Shown one piece after another: positions 44,559 to 52,606 of a DNA stretch of 64,000 nt. Both the position numbers and the translations under genes were made by a program. The DNA comes from Candidatus Nomurabacteria bacterium (GTDB lineage: Bacteria > Patescibacteriota > Minisyncoccia > Phycocordibacterales > UBA918), in NCBI GenBank assembly GCA_020632135.1, contig JACKGC010000001.1, forward strand, positions 372,241 to 436,240, given 5' to 3'. Position 1 is the stretch's first letter; every line of letters starts with the position of its first letter. The notes beneath the pieces are model-generated. The model saw only the letters and a list, made by a program, of their open reading frames with translations, had not been told where the DNA came from and searched no databases.

Positions 44559-44615
44559 GTGGAACCAAATCTCTTTATTTTATTATGTTTCCTAGATGTC
44601 TAGGACAGTAGGGCC
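44559..44615 (+). repeat. Junction element R5 (left half only)
   Basis: GTGGAACCAAATCTCTTTATTTTATTATGTTTCCTAGATGTCTAGGACAGTAGGGCC. Confidence 0.8.
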
Positions 44616-44705
44616 AGAGTCCGAACCTTATTCTAACCATCCTCTCGGACCAAGAATACATGAGTGGGGTGAAGGAAAAGTTGGCGTTGATAGCGGATTA
44701 TCGGT

Positions 44706-44746
44706 GAAAAAGAAAAAGCCCGCCAACACAATGAAGGCTGGCGGGC
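44706..44746 (-). terminator. Terminator of the PurM-like gene
   Basis: GCCCGCCA/TGGCGGGC stem followed by TTTTTCTTTTT on the minus strand. Confidence 0.65.
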
Positions 44747-44768
44747 CTTTCCGTTGTGTTGACGGGCT

Positions 44769-45953
44769 TCAGTCGTGATCGAGAGACGAAAGCACGCCGC
44801 CGTTTGCGAAGCGAGAATGGATGACGACTTCATTGTCGGCAGACTCGGTCGTATACCCGATAATGTACGGGTCATGCCCATCTTTTCTTGCTTGGTCCAT
44901 AACCAGATCGTCGTCTGTCTTGTCGCAGATAAGCATCATGCCGCATCCGCCGTGGAAAGTGCCGTAACACTCATGGTCAGACATCGGTTGATCTCCGAGC
45001 TGTGACAATCGCTGCGCTTCCTTGAGCACCCATGCCGGTTCCGGCATGGAGTCGAGGACAGCACCCACCCCAGCCGGAAGGATTTCTGTCAGTTTGCTCC
45101 AGACGCCGCCGCCGGTGATGTGAGCAGCGCCACAAAGTAGAGCATCTGATTCGTAACGAGCTCCATCCGATGCCCAGCCGTTAAGTGCTGCGACTGTTTT
45201 GGCATAGCTTTGCGATGGTACCACCAACGCCTCGATGAACTTGCGCGCATCGGGGTTGTGCATCATTCCGGGAAAGTCGGTTCCCCAACGATCCAAAATG
45301 AGGTTGGTGAACTTGGTCCCGCCGTTACAGCGATACCCCTTGTCACGCAGGCCGATAATTGCCATGCCTGGTGTGATCGACGAGCCGTTAGGGGGTATGT
45401 CGAGTGCAGCCAAGCCGAGGCAGGTAGCGCCCCAGGTCATAATCAGCTGACTTGGGTCACCAGTATCACAGAATGCGGTGATGCTGTGCTTCATTACGGC
45501 GGTCTCGCCGGTCAGAAGAACCAGATTCGATTTGCAAAGCGCTTGGGCAAATCCGCGAAGCAACGCTTCACACAAATGCCAGTTTTCATTTGTGATGGCT
45601 TTGACGTCGATGTTGCTGGAAGCAATCATGACGGGTAGGCCACCGCGACACGCCAGGTCATCGGCGTTCATAGTGATAACTTCCCAGCCGAGACCTTCAA
45701 AAGCCTCGGGAGTATTCATCAGCGTGAAGAACTGCGGCTTGCCACCAGCACCATCACTCTGCACCACTTCGTAGCATTGCTCGAACCGCCCTTCGGGCAG
45801 ATTCCAGATGTAGCCATCCATAGCACGCATACCAGCACCACCACGCATGATGGTAATGGCAGGTGAGTTATGGAAACTGGCGACGCAGACTTCCCGTGCC
45901 AACTTAGAAAACCGGTCACCCGGCTCAACGATTTCAGTATTGTAGTCGCTCAT
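44769..45953 (-). CDS. PurM/AIR-synthase-superfamily protein (subfamily not assignable)
   Basis: Start at MSDYNTEIV with a GGAGAAG RBS. SDGAGGKP, MNADDLACRGGLP, LTGETAVM and AHITGGGVW. Confidence 0.7.
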   Translation of the reverse strand: MSDYNTEIVEPGDRFSKLAREVCVASFHNSPAITIMRGGAGMRAMDGYIWNLPEGRFEQCYEVVQSDGAGGKPQFFTLMNTPEAFEGLGWEVITMNADDLACRGGLPVMIASSNIDVKAITNENWHLCEALLRGFAQALCKSNLVLLTGETAVMKHSITAFCDTGDPSQLIMTWGATCLGLAALDIPPNGSSITPGMAIIGLRDKGYRCNGGTKFTNLILDRWGTDFPGMMHNPDARKFIEALVVPSQSYAKTVAALNGWASDGARYESDALLCGAAHITGGGVWSKLTEILPAGVGAVLDSMPEPAWVLKEAQRLSQLGDQPMSDHECYGTFHGGCGMMLICDKTDDDLVMDQARKDGHDPYIIGYTTESADNEVVIHSRFANGGVLSSLDHD

Positions 45954-46139
45954 CTGAGCTTCTCCTCTTCTCAAAGATCGTAAAGATCTGGTTAAACTCA
46001 ATCGACACTATGCCTCAAAAGACATAAAAAGGAAACACCAAAGTTCAATTCCCGTCACTATGACGATTTTGTATGCAAAAATATATAGTAAAACAAGGCC
46101 AGTTTTAGCTTGTTAATGTTGGGCGACGTCGTAGAGGAC

Positions 46140-46148
46140 GTTAGAACT
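46140..46148 (+). repeat. GTTAGAACT junction core, copy C
   Basis: Context is GACGTCGTAGAGGACGTTAGAACTATTTTT. Confidence 0.7.
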
Positions 46149-46212
46149 ATTTTTGAAAGATTGGGTGATACGAGTATTTATATTCCGACATTTTACCCTA
46201 CTGTGTAACTCA

Positions 46213-46875
46213 CTATTTCCTCTTAGCAGATATGGCCAACGCATTTGGTAGCCCGCTCACAGCCCTATCTTGTTCGTTCCCACAATACTCATATTTAGTC
46301 TCTAGGGTAAAGTCATTGAGGAATTCTTCTGAAAAATATTCATCTAACGAATGTTGCGGAAATGTGATTGTTACCTTTCCATTAAAAAGCGTGATGGTGA
46401 TATTACCGTCGGTATCTTTTTGTTCTTCTGCATCAGCAACGGGGTTGCTTACAATCGCTATGAATTTTCCTCCAGACTTTAATACCCTCGCAACTTCCTT
46501 GAGAGACTTTTTTATATCTTTTGAGTAATGAAGAGCAAACCTTGAAGTCACAACATCAAACGACCCATCCTCATACGGGATACACTCAAAAGTTCCTTCC
46601 TTCAATTCTGCTGTATCTTTTAGAGTTTCTTTTGCCTCATCAACAAATTTACGAGACGAGTCAATACCAGCAAGATTTGTAAATCCCATCTTTGAGTATG
46701 CGGACAAATCTATACCACCACCGCAACCCACATCAAGCAATCTGCTTGTGCGTGAGAGTGCAGAAATTTGCTCGTAGATAAATCTTCTCCCTGCATCTTT
46801 TTCAAGATTTTCTATACTTGCTTCAGAATACTTTTTTGCCGTATCCCCACTATCATATTGTTTCTCAATTCCCAT
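46213..46875 (-). CDS. Class I SAM-dependent methyltransferase in an AT-rich cassette
   Basis: Motif I is LLDVGCGGGIDL. Confidence 0.8.
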   Translation of the reverse strand: MGIEKQYDSGDTAKKYSEASIENLEKDAGRRFIYEQISALSRTSRLLDVGCGGGIDLSAYSKMGFTNLAGIDSSRKFVDEAKETLKDTAELKEGTFECIPYEDGSFDVVTSRFALHYSKDIKKSLKEVARVLKSGGKFIAIVSNPVADAEEQKDTDGNITITLFNGKVTITFPQHSLDEYFSEEFLNDFTLETKYEYCGNEQDRAVSGLPNALAISAKRK

Positions 46876-46891
46876 ACAAAAATCCTATCAG

Positions 46892-46900
46892 GTTAGAACT
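46892..46900 (+). repeat. GTTAGAACT junction core, copy D
   Basis: Lies between the methyltransferase start and the tRNA-His 3' end. Confidence 0.7.
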
Positions 46901-46942
46901 GAAAAGTCTCGCTATATCTTCGTAAAATGAAGATATTTTCTT

Positions 46943-47018
46943 TGGGGCGGCTACCGGGAATCGAACCCGAACTTTCGGTACCACAAACCGATGCACTAAC
47001 CGTTATACTATAGCCGCC
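46943..47018 (-). tRNA. tRNA-His (anticodon GTG) with G-1 and encoded CCA
   Basis: GGCGGCTATAGTATAACGGTTAGTGCATCGGTTTGTGGTACCGAAAGTTCGGGTTCGATTCCCGGTAGCCGCCCCA. Confidence 0.9.
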
Positions 47019-47145
47019 AGGTGCCGGGCCGGCGGCGGGGGGAGCGGAGGCTCCTCACACGCCGCCGGCCGTGGTGGCACATTTATACCTATTTTTAACA
47101 CAAATGTCGAGAGAAACTAGGGTGCACTACGGTATACTCGTGAGT

Positions 47146-47235
47146 ATGGATCAGGCGTCTCTGTTGGTAACACTCTTCTTCACCTTTATGCTTGGTGCGG
47201 GAATTGGCTTCTATGTGGCGAGCTTCATTTTCTAA
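47146..47235 (+). CDS. Candidate 29-aa single-TM micro-protein, absent from the ORF track
   Basis: TATACT-N7-ATG upstream. MDQASLLVTLFFTFMLGAGIGFYVASFIF. Confidence 0.3.
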   Translation: MDQASLLVTLFFTFMLGAGIGFYVASFIF

Positions 47236-48349
47236 ATTAGCGGTCCTGCTGCTGATCAGCGGGCCATCGTTCGGCTTAGCACAAACCGTGCACCAAGAAG
47301 TGCAAGAGCGACTTTCTGCGGAGGTGCTCGAAGTGGTCAAGGAGTATGATCGCACTATCACCGGCACCAACGCCACTGCCACTGTACAAGAAGTCCGCGC
47401 AACGCTCCTGGAAGGCGACCGTGCCGGAGAAGTGGTGCGTTTTGAAAGTGAGCTCGTGCGGCTGGAGTCAGGTGACCACATCTTTGTCGATCATCGGGTC
47501 TTGATCAGTGGCGAGGAGTATTTCTCCTATGCTGATTTTGAACGCCGTCCGGTCCTGGCTTTGCTCGCAGCCTTATTCGTGTTGCTGCTACTCTGCCTCT
47601 CGGGTTGGCAGGGCGTCCGAGCACTGTTGTCCTTGGGGGCAAGTGTGATCTGTATATTCTTTCTGTTGGTACCAGCACTTTTAGCGGGTTATGACCCAGC
47701 GCTGGCGAGTATGGTGATCGCGGGCGGCATCTTGGCACTGGTCTTGTTTGGCACCCATGGCTTTACTGCCCGTACAACGATAGCGTTTGTCGGTACTTTC
47801 AGCGCAGTAGTTGTCACGTGTCTGATCGCTTGGCTTTCCACCAACGCCATGCGCCTGTCTGGTTTTGGGTCTGATGCCTCGGTGTATCTTAATTTTGCCA
47901 CTAACGGCACACTCGATCTGTCTGGTCTGCTGCTCGGTAGTATCATCATTGGTATCCTTGGTGTACTTGATGATGTGTCGATCACTCAAGCGTCAGTGAC
48001 GGAGCAGTTAAAACATGCCAATCCTTCATTTCAATTCACTGATCTATACCGCCGGGCCATTACGGTGGGGCGAGATCATATTGGTTCGCTGGTAAATACT
48101 TTGGCTTTGGCGTACGTGGGGGTATCGCTCCCGCTCATATTGCTCTACGTCCATGCTGATAGCGCACTGTTCCTGTCGCTCAACCAAGAAGTGATCGCCG
48201 CCGAGGTAGTTCGGATATTAGTTGGCAGCATTGGCCTGATGCTCGCGGTGCCGGCCACGACCGCCGCCGCAGCTTGGTACTTCAGTCGACACACAGTTGA
48301 CGAAGAGCCGGAGGCATCGCCTTGCGCGCACGGACACCACCATCACTAA
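47213..48349 (+). CDS. YibE/F-family membrane protein with a His-rich C-terminus; start uncertain
   Basis: Signal peptide, soluble domain, then a polytopic region with GILGVLDDVSITQAS. Ends CAHGHHHH. Confidence 0.7.
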   Translation: MWRASFSKLAVLLLISGPSFGLAQTVHQEVQERLSAEVLEVVKEYDRTITGTNATATVQEVRATLLEGDRAGEVVRFESELVRLESGDHIFVDHRVLISGEEYFSYADFERRPVLALLAALFVLLLLCLSGWQGVRALLSLGASVICIFFLLVPALLAGYDPALASMVIAGGILALVLFGTHGFTARTTIAFVGTFSAVVVTCLIAWLSTNAMRLSGFGSDASVYLNFATNGTLDLSGLLLGSIIIGILGVLDDVSITQASVTEQLKHANPSFQFTDLYRRAITVGRDHIGSLVNTLALAYVGVSLPLILLYVHADSALFLSLNQEVIAAEVVRILVGSIGLMLAVPATTAAAAWYFSRHTVDEEPEASPCAHGHHHH

Positions 48350-48397
48350 AAACTAAGCTATACTTTTAGGACTTATCATTTGTAACAAGTTTTACGT

Positions 48398-48793
48398 ATG
48401 AAGGGATTTGTGGAGGAGTTCAAAGCGTTTGCTATGAAGGGGAATGTGGTGGACTTGGCCGTAGCGGTCGTTATCGGTGCGGCGTTTGGAAAGATCGTTT
48501 CAGCGCTCGTGGATAGTATCATTATGCCACTTGTGGGCGTGCTGCTCGGTGGCAAGGATTTTTCTGGCATGTCGGTCATGGTGGGGGATGCTACAGTCGC
48601 GTACGGAGCGTTCGTCCAAGCGGTAGTCGATTTCATTATCATCGCACTCGCCATCTTTATGGTGGTGAAGGCCATTAATAAAGCTCAGAGTGCAATGGAG
48701 GACGAAGCAGCGGCGCCGGCAGAAGAGAAGCCAGCGGAGCCTTCTGAAGAAGTGAAGCTCTTGCGTGAGATTCGTGATAGTCTCAAGCGGTAG
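48398..48793 (+). CDS. mscL: Large-conductance mechanosensitive channel
   Basis: [44 protein letters not shown]. Confidence 0.95.
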   Translation: MKGFVEEFKAFAMKGNVVDLAVAVVIGAAFGKIVSALVDSIIMPLVGVLLGGKDFSGMSVMVGDATVAYGAFVQAVVDFIIIALAIFMVVKAINKAQSAMEDEAAAPAEEKPAEPSEEVKLLREIRDSLKR

Positions 48794-48816
48794 TCGGCAC
48801 GCATTCACTGTATAGA

Positions 48817-48851
48817 AAAGCCGCCGTCTCTTTGAGACGGCGGCTTTTTTA
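48817..48851 (+). terminator. Terminator after mscL
   Basis: AGCCGCCGTCTC-ttt-GAGACGGCGGCT followed by TTTTTT. Confidence 0.85.
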
Positions 48852-49071
48852 TTCCCCTCAGTATGTGAGGAACTTCACTGTAGGATTGTGGTGCGCGCGT
48901 AGGTGATGATTGATTGCTTGTTGGGGTGAATGGAACGAAACGGCAACCACTATGCTGAAAAGTGGTGAAAAACACTAGCCGTCAAGTATTTTGGAGACCA
49001 AGAAATAAAAAAATGTCTCTGTATAGCTTGGCAAACAAGGATTTCTGATTCCTATTTTCGCTATGCAGTAG

Positions 49072-49080
49072 TTATCCACA
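49072..49080 (+). promoter_or_regulatory. Perfect DnaA-box 9-mer upstream of the nrd genes
   Basis: TTATCCACA. Confidence 0.4.
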
Positions 49081-49387
49081 GAATCGAGCGCCTGGCATCG
49101 ATAAAAACGTTATTTATCGGTTTCATGTCCGCTGTCTCATAATTCGCAAGGTGGTAAGATGGAGTAACCACACGAGAAGATATCGTGTGTCGGAGGTAAG
49201 ACACACGCTCCCCCTCTATAACAGAGAGCCGAGCTTTAACGCCACAGCAAAAGAGCGGTGTGTTTGTCGCGACCTTTCGATTGCGCTTAGACCTAATTGA
49301 CCGTCGAAAGACGGTGTACTCTTCCACCAATTATGTCTGATCGCAATTACGTAGTTACTCAAGTAAAAGTCAATTCCCAAGATTGCT

Positions 49388-50701
49388 ATGGAAATTCAAA
49401 GTATCCGAAAGCGTGATGGTTCGGTTCAGCCATTTGATATCACCAAGATTGAAAATGCTATCGCCAAGGCGTTAGCTGAGACGGGTGAAGGCGACCGTGT
49501 CACCGCCAAAGATGTCGCGGAATTAGCTCATGAAAAAGTGGTCGCGATGTGCGTTCGAGCAGGCACGGCGTCAGATGATGATCCGCTTTCTCAAAAATGT
49601 ATCGATGGTAACCCTGCGGTGGAAGAGATCCAAGACCTCGTGGAGCAAGCGCTGATGGAGCGGGATCATTACGAGACCGCCAAGGCCTACATCATCTACC
49701 GCAATGAGCGTAAGAAATTACGTGAGCGAGATATTTTTAAGAAGCGACAAAACCTCAAGCCATATGAGTACCCAGAGCTGTATGAATACGTAGACGCAAT
49801 TCGGCACTCCTACTGGATTCACACTGAATTCAATTACACCTCCGACATCCAAGACTTCCACATTAATGTAAATGACGTGGAGCGCACCGCGATCAAGAAC
49901 TCCATGCTCGCGATCGCCCAGATCGAAGTGGCCGTAAAGACCTTCTGGGGTGATATCTACAAGAAGCTTCCTAAGCCAGAGATCGGCGCGGTCGGGGCTA
50001 CCTTTGCTGAGTCTGAGGTGCGACACACTGATGCCTACTCACACCTCCTCGAGATCCTTGGTCTCAATGATGAGTTTGCAAAGATCAAAGACATCCCGGT
50101 CATTCAAGAGCGCATGAATTACCTTGAGAAGGTGATCGAGCTTGCCAAGACCCAGGAAGACCGTGAGTACTCCCACGCCATCATGCTTTTTGCACTGTTT
50201 GTGGAGCACGTATCGCTCTTCTCACAGTTCCTCATCATGATGAGCTTCAACAAGCACAAGAATCTCTTCAAGGGCATCTCAAACGCAGTGGAAGCTACTT
50301 CCAAAGAAGAGCAGATCCATGGCATGTTCGGTATTGATGTCATCAATATCATCAAGAAGGAACATCCTGAGTGGTTTGATGAGAAGTGCCATAACTTCAT
50401 CATCAAGGCGTGTGAAGAGGCATACGAATCAGAAGCAAAGATCATCGACTGGATCTACGAAGCCGGCGAGCTTGATTTCTTGCCAGCAGCTAATGTGAAG
50501 GAGTTTGTGAAACATCGCTTTAATAACTCACTCGCCTCAATCGGTCTACCACGTATCTTCGAGGTTAGCGAGGCACTCTTAGAAGAAACAGACTGGTTCG
50601 ATAATGAGGTGATCGCCACCAAGCACGTTGATTTCTTCCACAAGCGTTCCATTAACTACAACAAGCGCTCGGCTTCGGTGACTAGTGACGACTTGTTCTA
50701 A
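49388..50701 (+). CDS. nrdB: Ribonucleotide reductase small (radical-generating) subunit with an N-terminal ATP-cone
   Basis: ATP-cone IRKRDGSVQPFDITKIENAI...AKAYIIYRNERK, then ferritin-like FAESEVRH and SKEEQIHG. Confidence 0.85.
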   Translation: MEIQSIRKRDGSVQPFDITKIENAIAKALAETGEGDRVTAKDVAELAHEKVVAMCVRAGTASDDDPLSQKCIDGNPAVEEIQDLVEQALMERDHYETAKAYIIYRNERKKLRERDIFKKRQNLKPYEYPELYEYVDAIRHSYWIHTEFNYTSDIQDFHINVNDVERTAIKNSMLAIAQIEVAVKTFWGDIYKKLPKPEIGAVGATFAESEVRHTDAYSHLLEILGLNDEFAKIKDIPVIQERMNYLEKVIELAKTQEDREYSHAIMLFALFVEHVSLFSQFLIMMSFNKHKNLFKGISNAVEATSKEEQIHGMFGIDVINIIKKEHPEWFDEKCHNFIIKACEEAYESEAKIIDWIYEAGELDFLPAANVKEFVKHRFNNSLASIGLPRIFEVSEALLEETDWFDNEVIATKHVDFFHKRSINYNKRSASVTSDDLF

Positions 50702-50709
50702 AAAGAGCG

Positions 50710-50804
50710 GAGCTTGTGAGACTTATTTCGCACACGCTCCGATGTCCACAGATCCGCTTAAGCATTCAATCCCCGCGGACGCTCGAAATAAGTCCCACAA
50801 GCTC
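50710..50804 (+). repeat. Hairpin element E1 (21-bp stem and conserved core)
   Basis: GAGCTTGTGAGACTTATTTCG-[CACACGCTCCGATGTCCACAGATCCGCTTAAGCATTCAATCCCCGCGGACGCT]-CGAAATAAGTCCCACAAGCTC. Confidence 0.75.
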
Positions 50805-50865
50805 TGCTTGGACAGAGACTGAGGTATACTGTCGCAACTTACTAACGAATAATTTCTGAACATCT

Positions 50866-52548
50866 ATGGAATCCTGGTACTGGCTGAATGAAAATAGTCG
50901 CGCATTCTTAGACCGCGGATATTTGTCTCCGGGACAAACTGCTGAGGAGCGCATTCGCGTCATTGCGGATACGGCTGAGCAGTATCTTGGTCGTAAAGGC
51001 TTCTCAGACAAATTCTACGAATACATGAGTAAAGGCTGGATCTCACTGGCGTCGCCGGTGTGGTCTAACTTCGGCATCAAGAAGGGGCTGCCGATCAGTT
51101 GTTTTGGTTCATATGTATCCGACAACATGGGCAGTATTCTCCATACGCACGCCGAAGTGGGCATGATGAGTAAGTATGGTGGTGGCTGTTCTGGCTACTT
51201 TGGTGAGCTGCGTGCCCGTGGTGCTGAGATCGCCTCAGACAACGGTCACTCCTCTGGCTCAGTGCACTTTATGCAGCTATTTGAAACGCTGGTTGATGTA
51301 GTGTCGCAGGGTTCGGTGCGTCGCGGCCACTTCTCACCGTATCTACCGGCTGAGCACAACGACATCATGGAGTTTCTCGATATTGGTACCGAAGGCAACC
51401 CGATCCAAAAGCTCACGCATGGTGTAACAGTGGGGGACGAATGGATGGAATCCATGATCGAAGGTGATGAGGCTAAGCGCAAGATCTGGGCGCGCATCAT
51501 CCAACGCCGTGGCGAAATGGGGTATCCGTATATTATGTTCTCTGACACGGCCAACAAGGCAACGGTTGATGTGTACAAGGATAACGACCTGACCATCTAC
51601 GCTTCCAACATGTGCAGCGAGATCATGCTGCCAAGCAAGGACGACTGGTCGTTTGTGTGCTGTCTCTCATCAGTCAATCTCTTGCATTACGAGGACTGGA
51701 AGGACACTGATCTCATCGAGACCATGATCGGGTTCCTTGATGCGGTGATGGAAGATTTCATTGTGAAACTTGAAGCGTTGCGTGATCATGAACAAAAAGA
51801 AAAGCGCCAAGCATTTCGGTTTATGGAGCGGGCATACAACTTCGCCAAGGCTAACCGTGCGCTTGGTTTGGGTGTTCTTGGATATCACTCATTGCTCCAA
51901 TCAAAAAACCTTGCGTTTGAAAGTGATGAAGCGGCAGCGCTGAATCGTGAGGTGTTTAAGCTTATGCAAGAAAAGGCCGATGCAGCAACCAAGGAGTTGG
52001 CCAAAGAGCTGGGTGAACCAGAGGTACTCAAGGGTTATGGCCGTCGCAATACCACTACCATGGCGATTGCACCAACCACTTCCTCCGCCTTCATTCTCGG
52101 GCAGGTGAGTCAGGGCATTGAGCCGATCTGGAGTAACTGTTACACCAAGGATGTGGCCAAGATGAAGGTGACGATCAAGAACCCGAATCTCCAAGCTCTC
52201 TTGGCAGAGAAAGGGAGGGACGACAAGATGACTTGGGACAGTATCCGTGACAACGACGGCTCTGTGCAGCACCTTGAGTGTCTTACTGATGAAGAGAAGG
52301 CGGTCTACCGCACGTTTGCCGAGATCGATCAAGAGAAGATCATAGACCAAGCGGGAGAACGACAGGCCTACATCGATCAGGGGCAATCGCTCAACATCAT
52401 GGTGGCACCTGACACCCCAGTAAAGGATATTAACGCACTCTACATCAAGGCGTGGAAGCAAGGTGTAAAGAGCTTGTATTATCAGCACTCGATGAACGCG
52501 GCCCAGCAGATGGTTCGCAAAAAGCTGGCAGAGAAGGAAGGGAAATAG
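50866..52548 (+). CDS. nrdA: Ribonucleotide reductase catalytic subunit; short form without an ATP-cone
   Basis: ASNMCSEIMLP and the C-terminal region, 560 aa. Confidence 0.85.
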   Translation: MESWYWLNENSRAFLDRGYLSPGQTAEERIRVIADTAEQYLGRKGFSDKFYEYMSKGWISLASPVWSNFGIKKGLPISCFGSYVSDNMGSILHTHAEVGMMSKYGGGCSGYFGELRARGAEIASDNGHSSGSVHFMQLFETLVDVVSQGSVRRGHFSPYLPAEHNDIMEFLDIGTEGNPIQKLTHGVTVGDEWMESMIEGDEAKRKIWARIIQRRGEMGYPYIMFSDTANKATVDVYKDNDLTIYASNMCSEIMLPSKDDWSFVCCLSSVNLLHYEDWKDTDLIETMIGFLDAVMEDFIVKLEALRDHEQKEKRQAFRFMERAYNFAKANRALGLGVLGYHSLLQSKNLAFESDEAAALNREVFKLMQEKADAATKELAKELGEPEVLKGYGRRNTTTMAIAPTTSSAFILGQVSQGIEPIWSNCYTKDVAKMKVTIKNPNLQALLAEKGRDDKMTWDSIRDNDGSVQHLECLTDEEKAVYRTFAEIDQEKIIDQAGERQAYIDQGQSLNIMVAPDTPVKDINALYIKAWKQGVKSLYYQHSMNAAQQMVRKKLAEKEGK

Positions 52549-52550
52549 CA

Positions 52551-52591
52551 AAAAACCAGCGCGGGGCCCGAAGGGCCCCGCGCTGGTTTTG
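52551..52591 (+). terminator. Terminator after nrdA
   Basis: CCAGCGCGGGGCCC-gaa-GGGCCCCGCGCTGG followed by TTTT. Confidence 0.85.
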
Positions 52592-52606
52592 CGTTGGGCA
52601 GCGAGC

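Noticed and set aside
7992-46900. Classical integron (intI, attI, attC) as the explanation for the cassette arrays.
   Set aside because: There is no IntI-like gene in the window. GTTAGAA does not fit the GTTRRRY core because its seventh base is A. I could not find paired R''/L''-L'/R' inverted repeats around the junctions. Cassettes also occur in both orientations. I report these as integron-like in logic only.
49072-49080. Replication origin inferred from the DnaA box.
   Set aside because: There is only one perfect box, no cluster, no adjacent dnaA or dnaN, and no obvious AT-rich unwinding element. It more likely reflects nrd regulation, if it is functional at all.
49061-49330. 89-aa minus-strand ORF in the nrd leader.
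   Set aside because: It has no RBS and an odd composition. The region is better explained by extensive base pairing.
48852-49387. Cobalamin riboswitch upstream of the class I RNR.
   Set aside because: I could not find a B12-box-like sequence or the GGGAA/AATCC-type conserved joints. This needs an Rfam scan to exclude formally.
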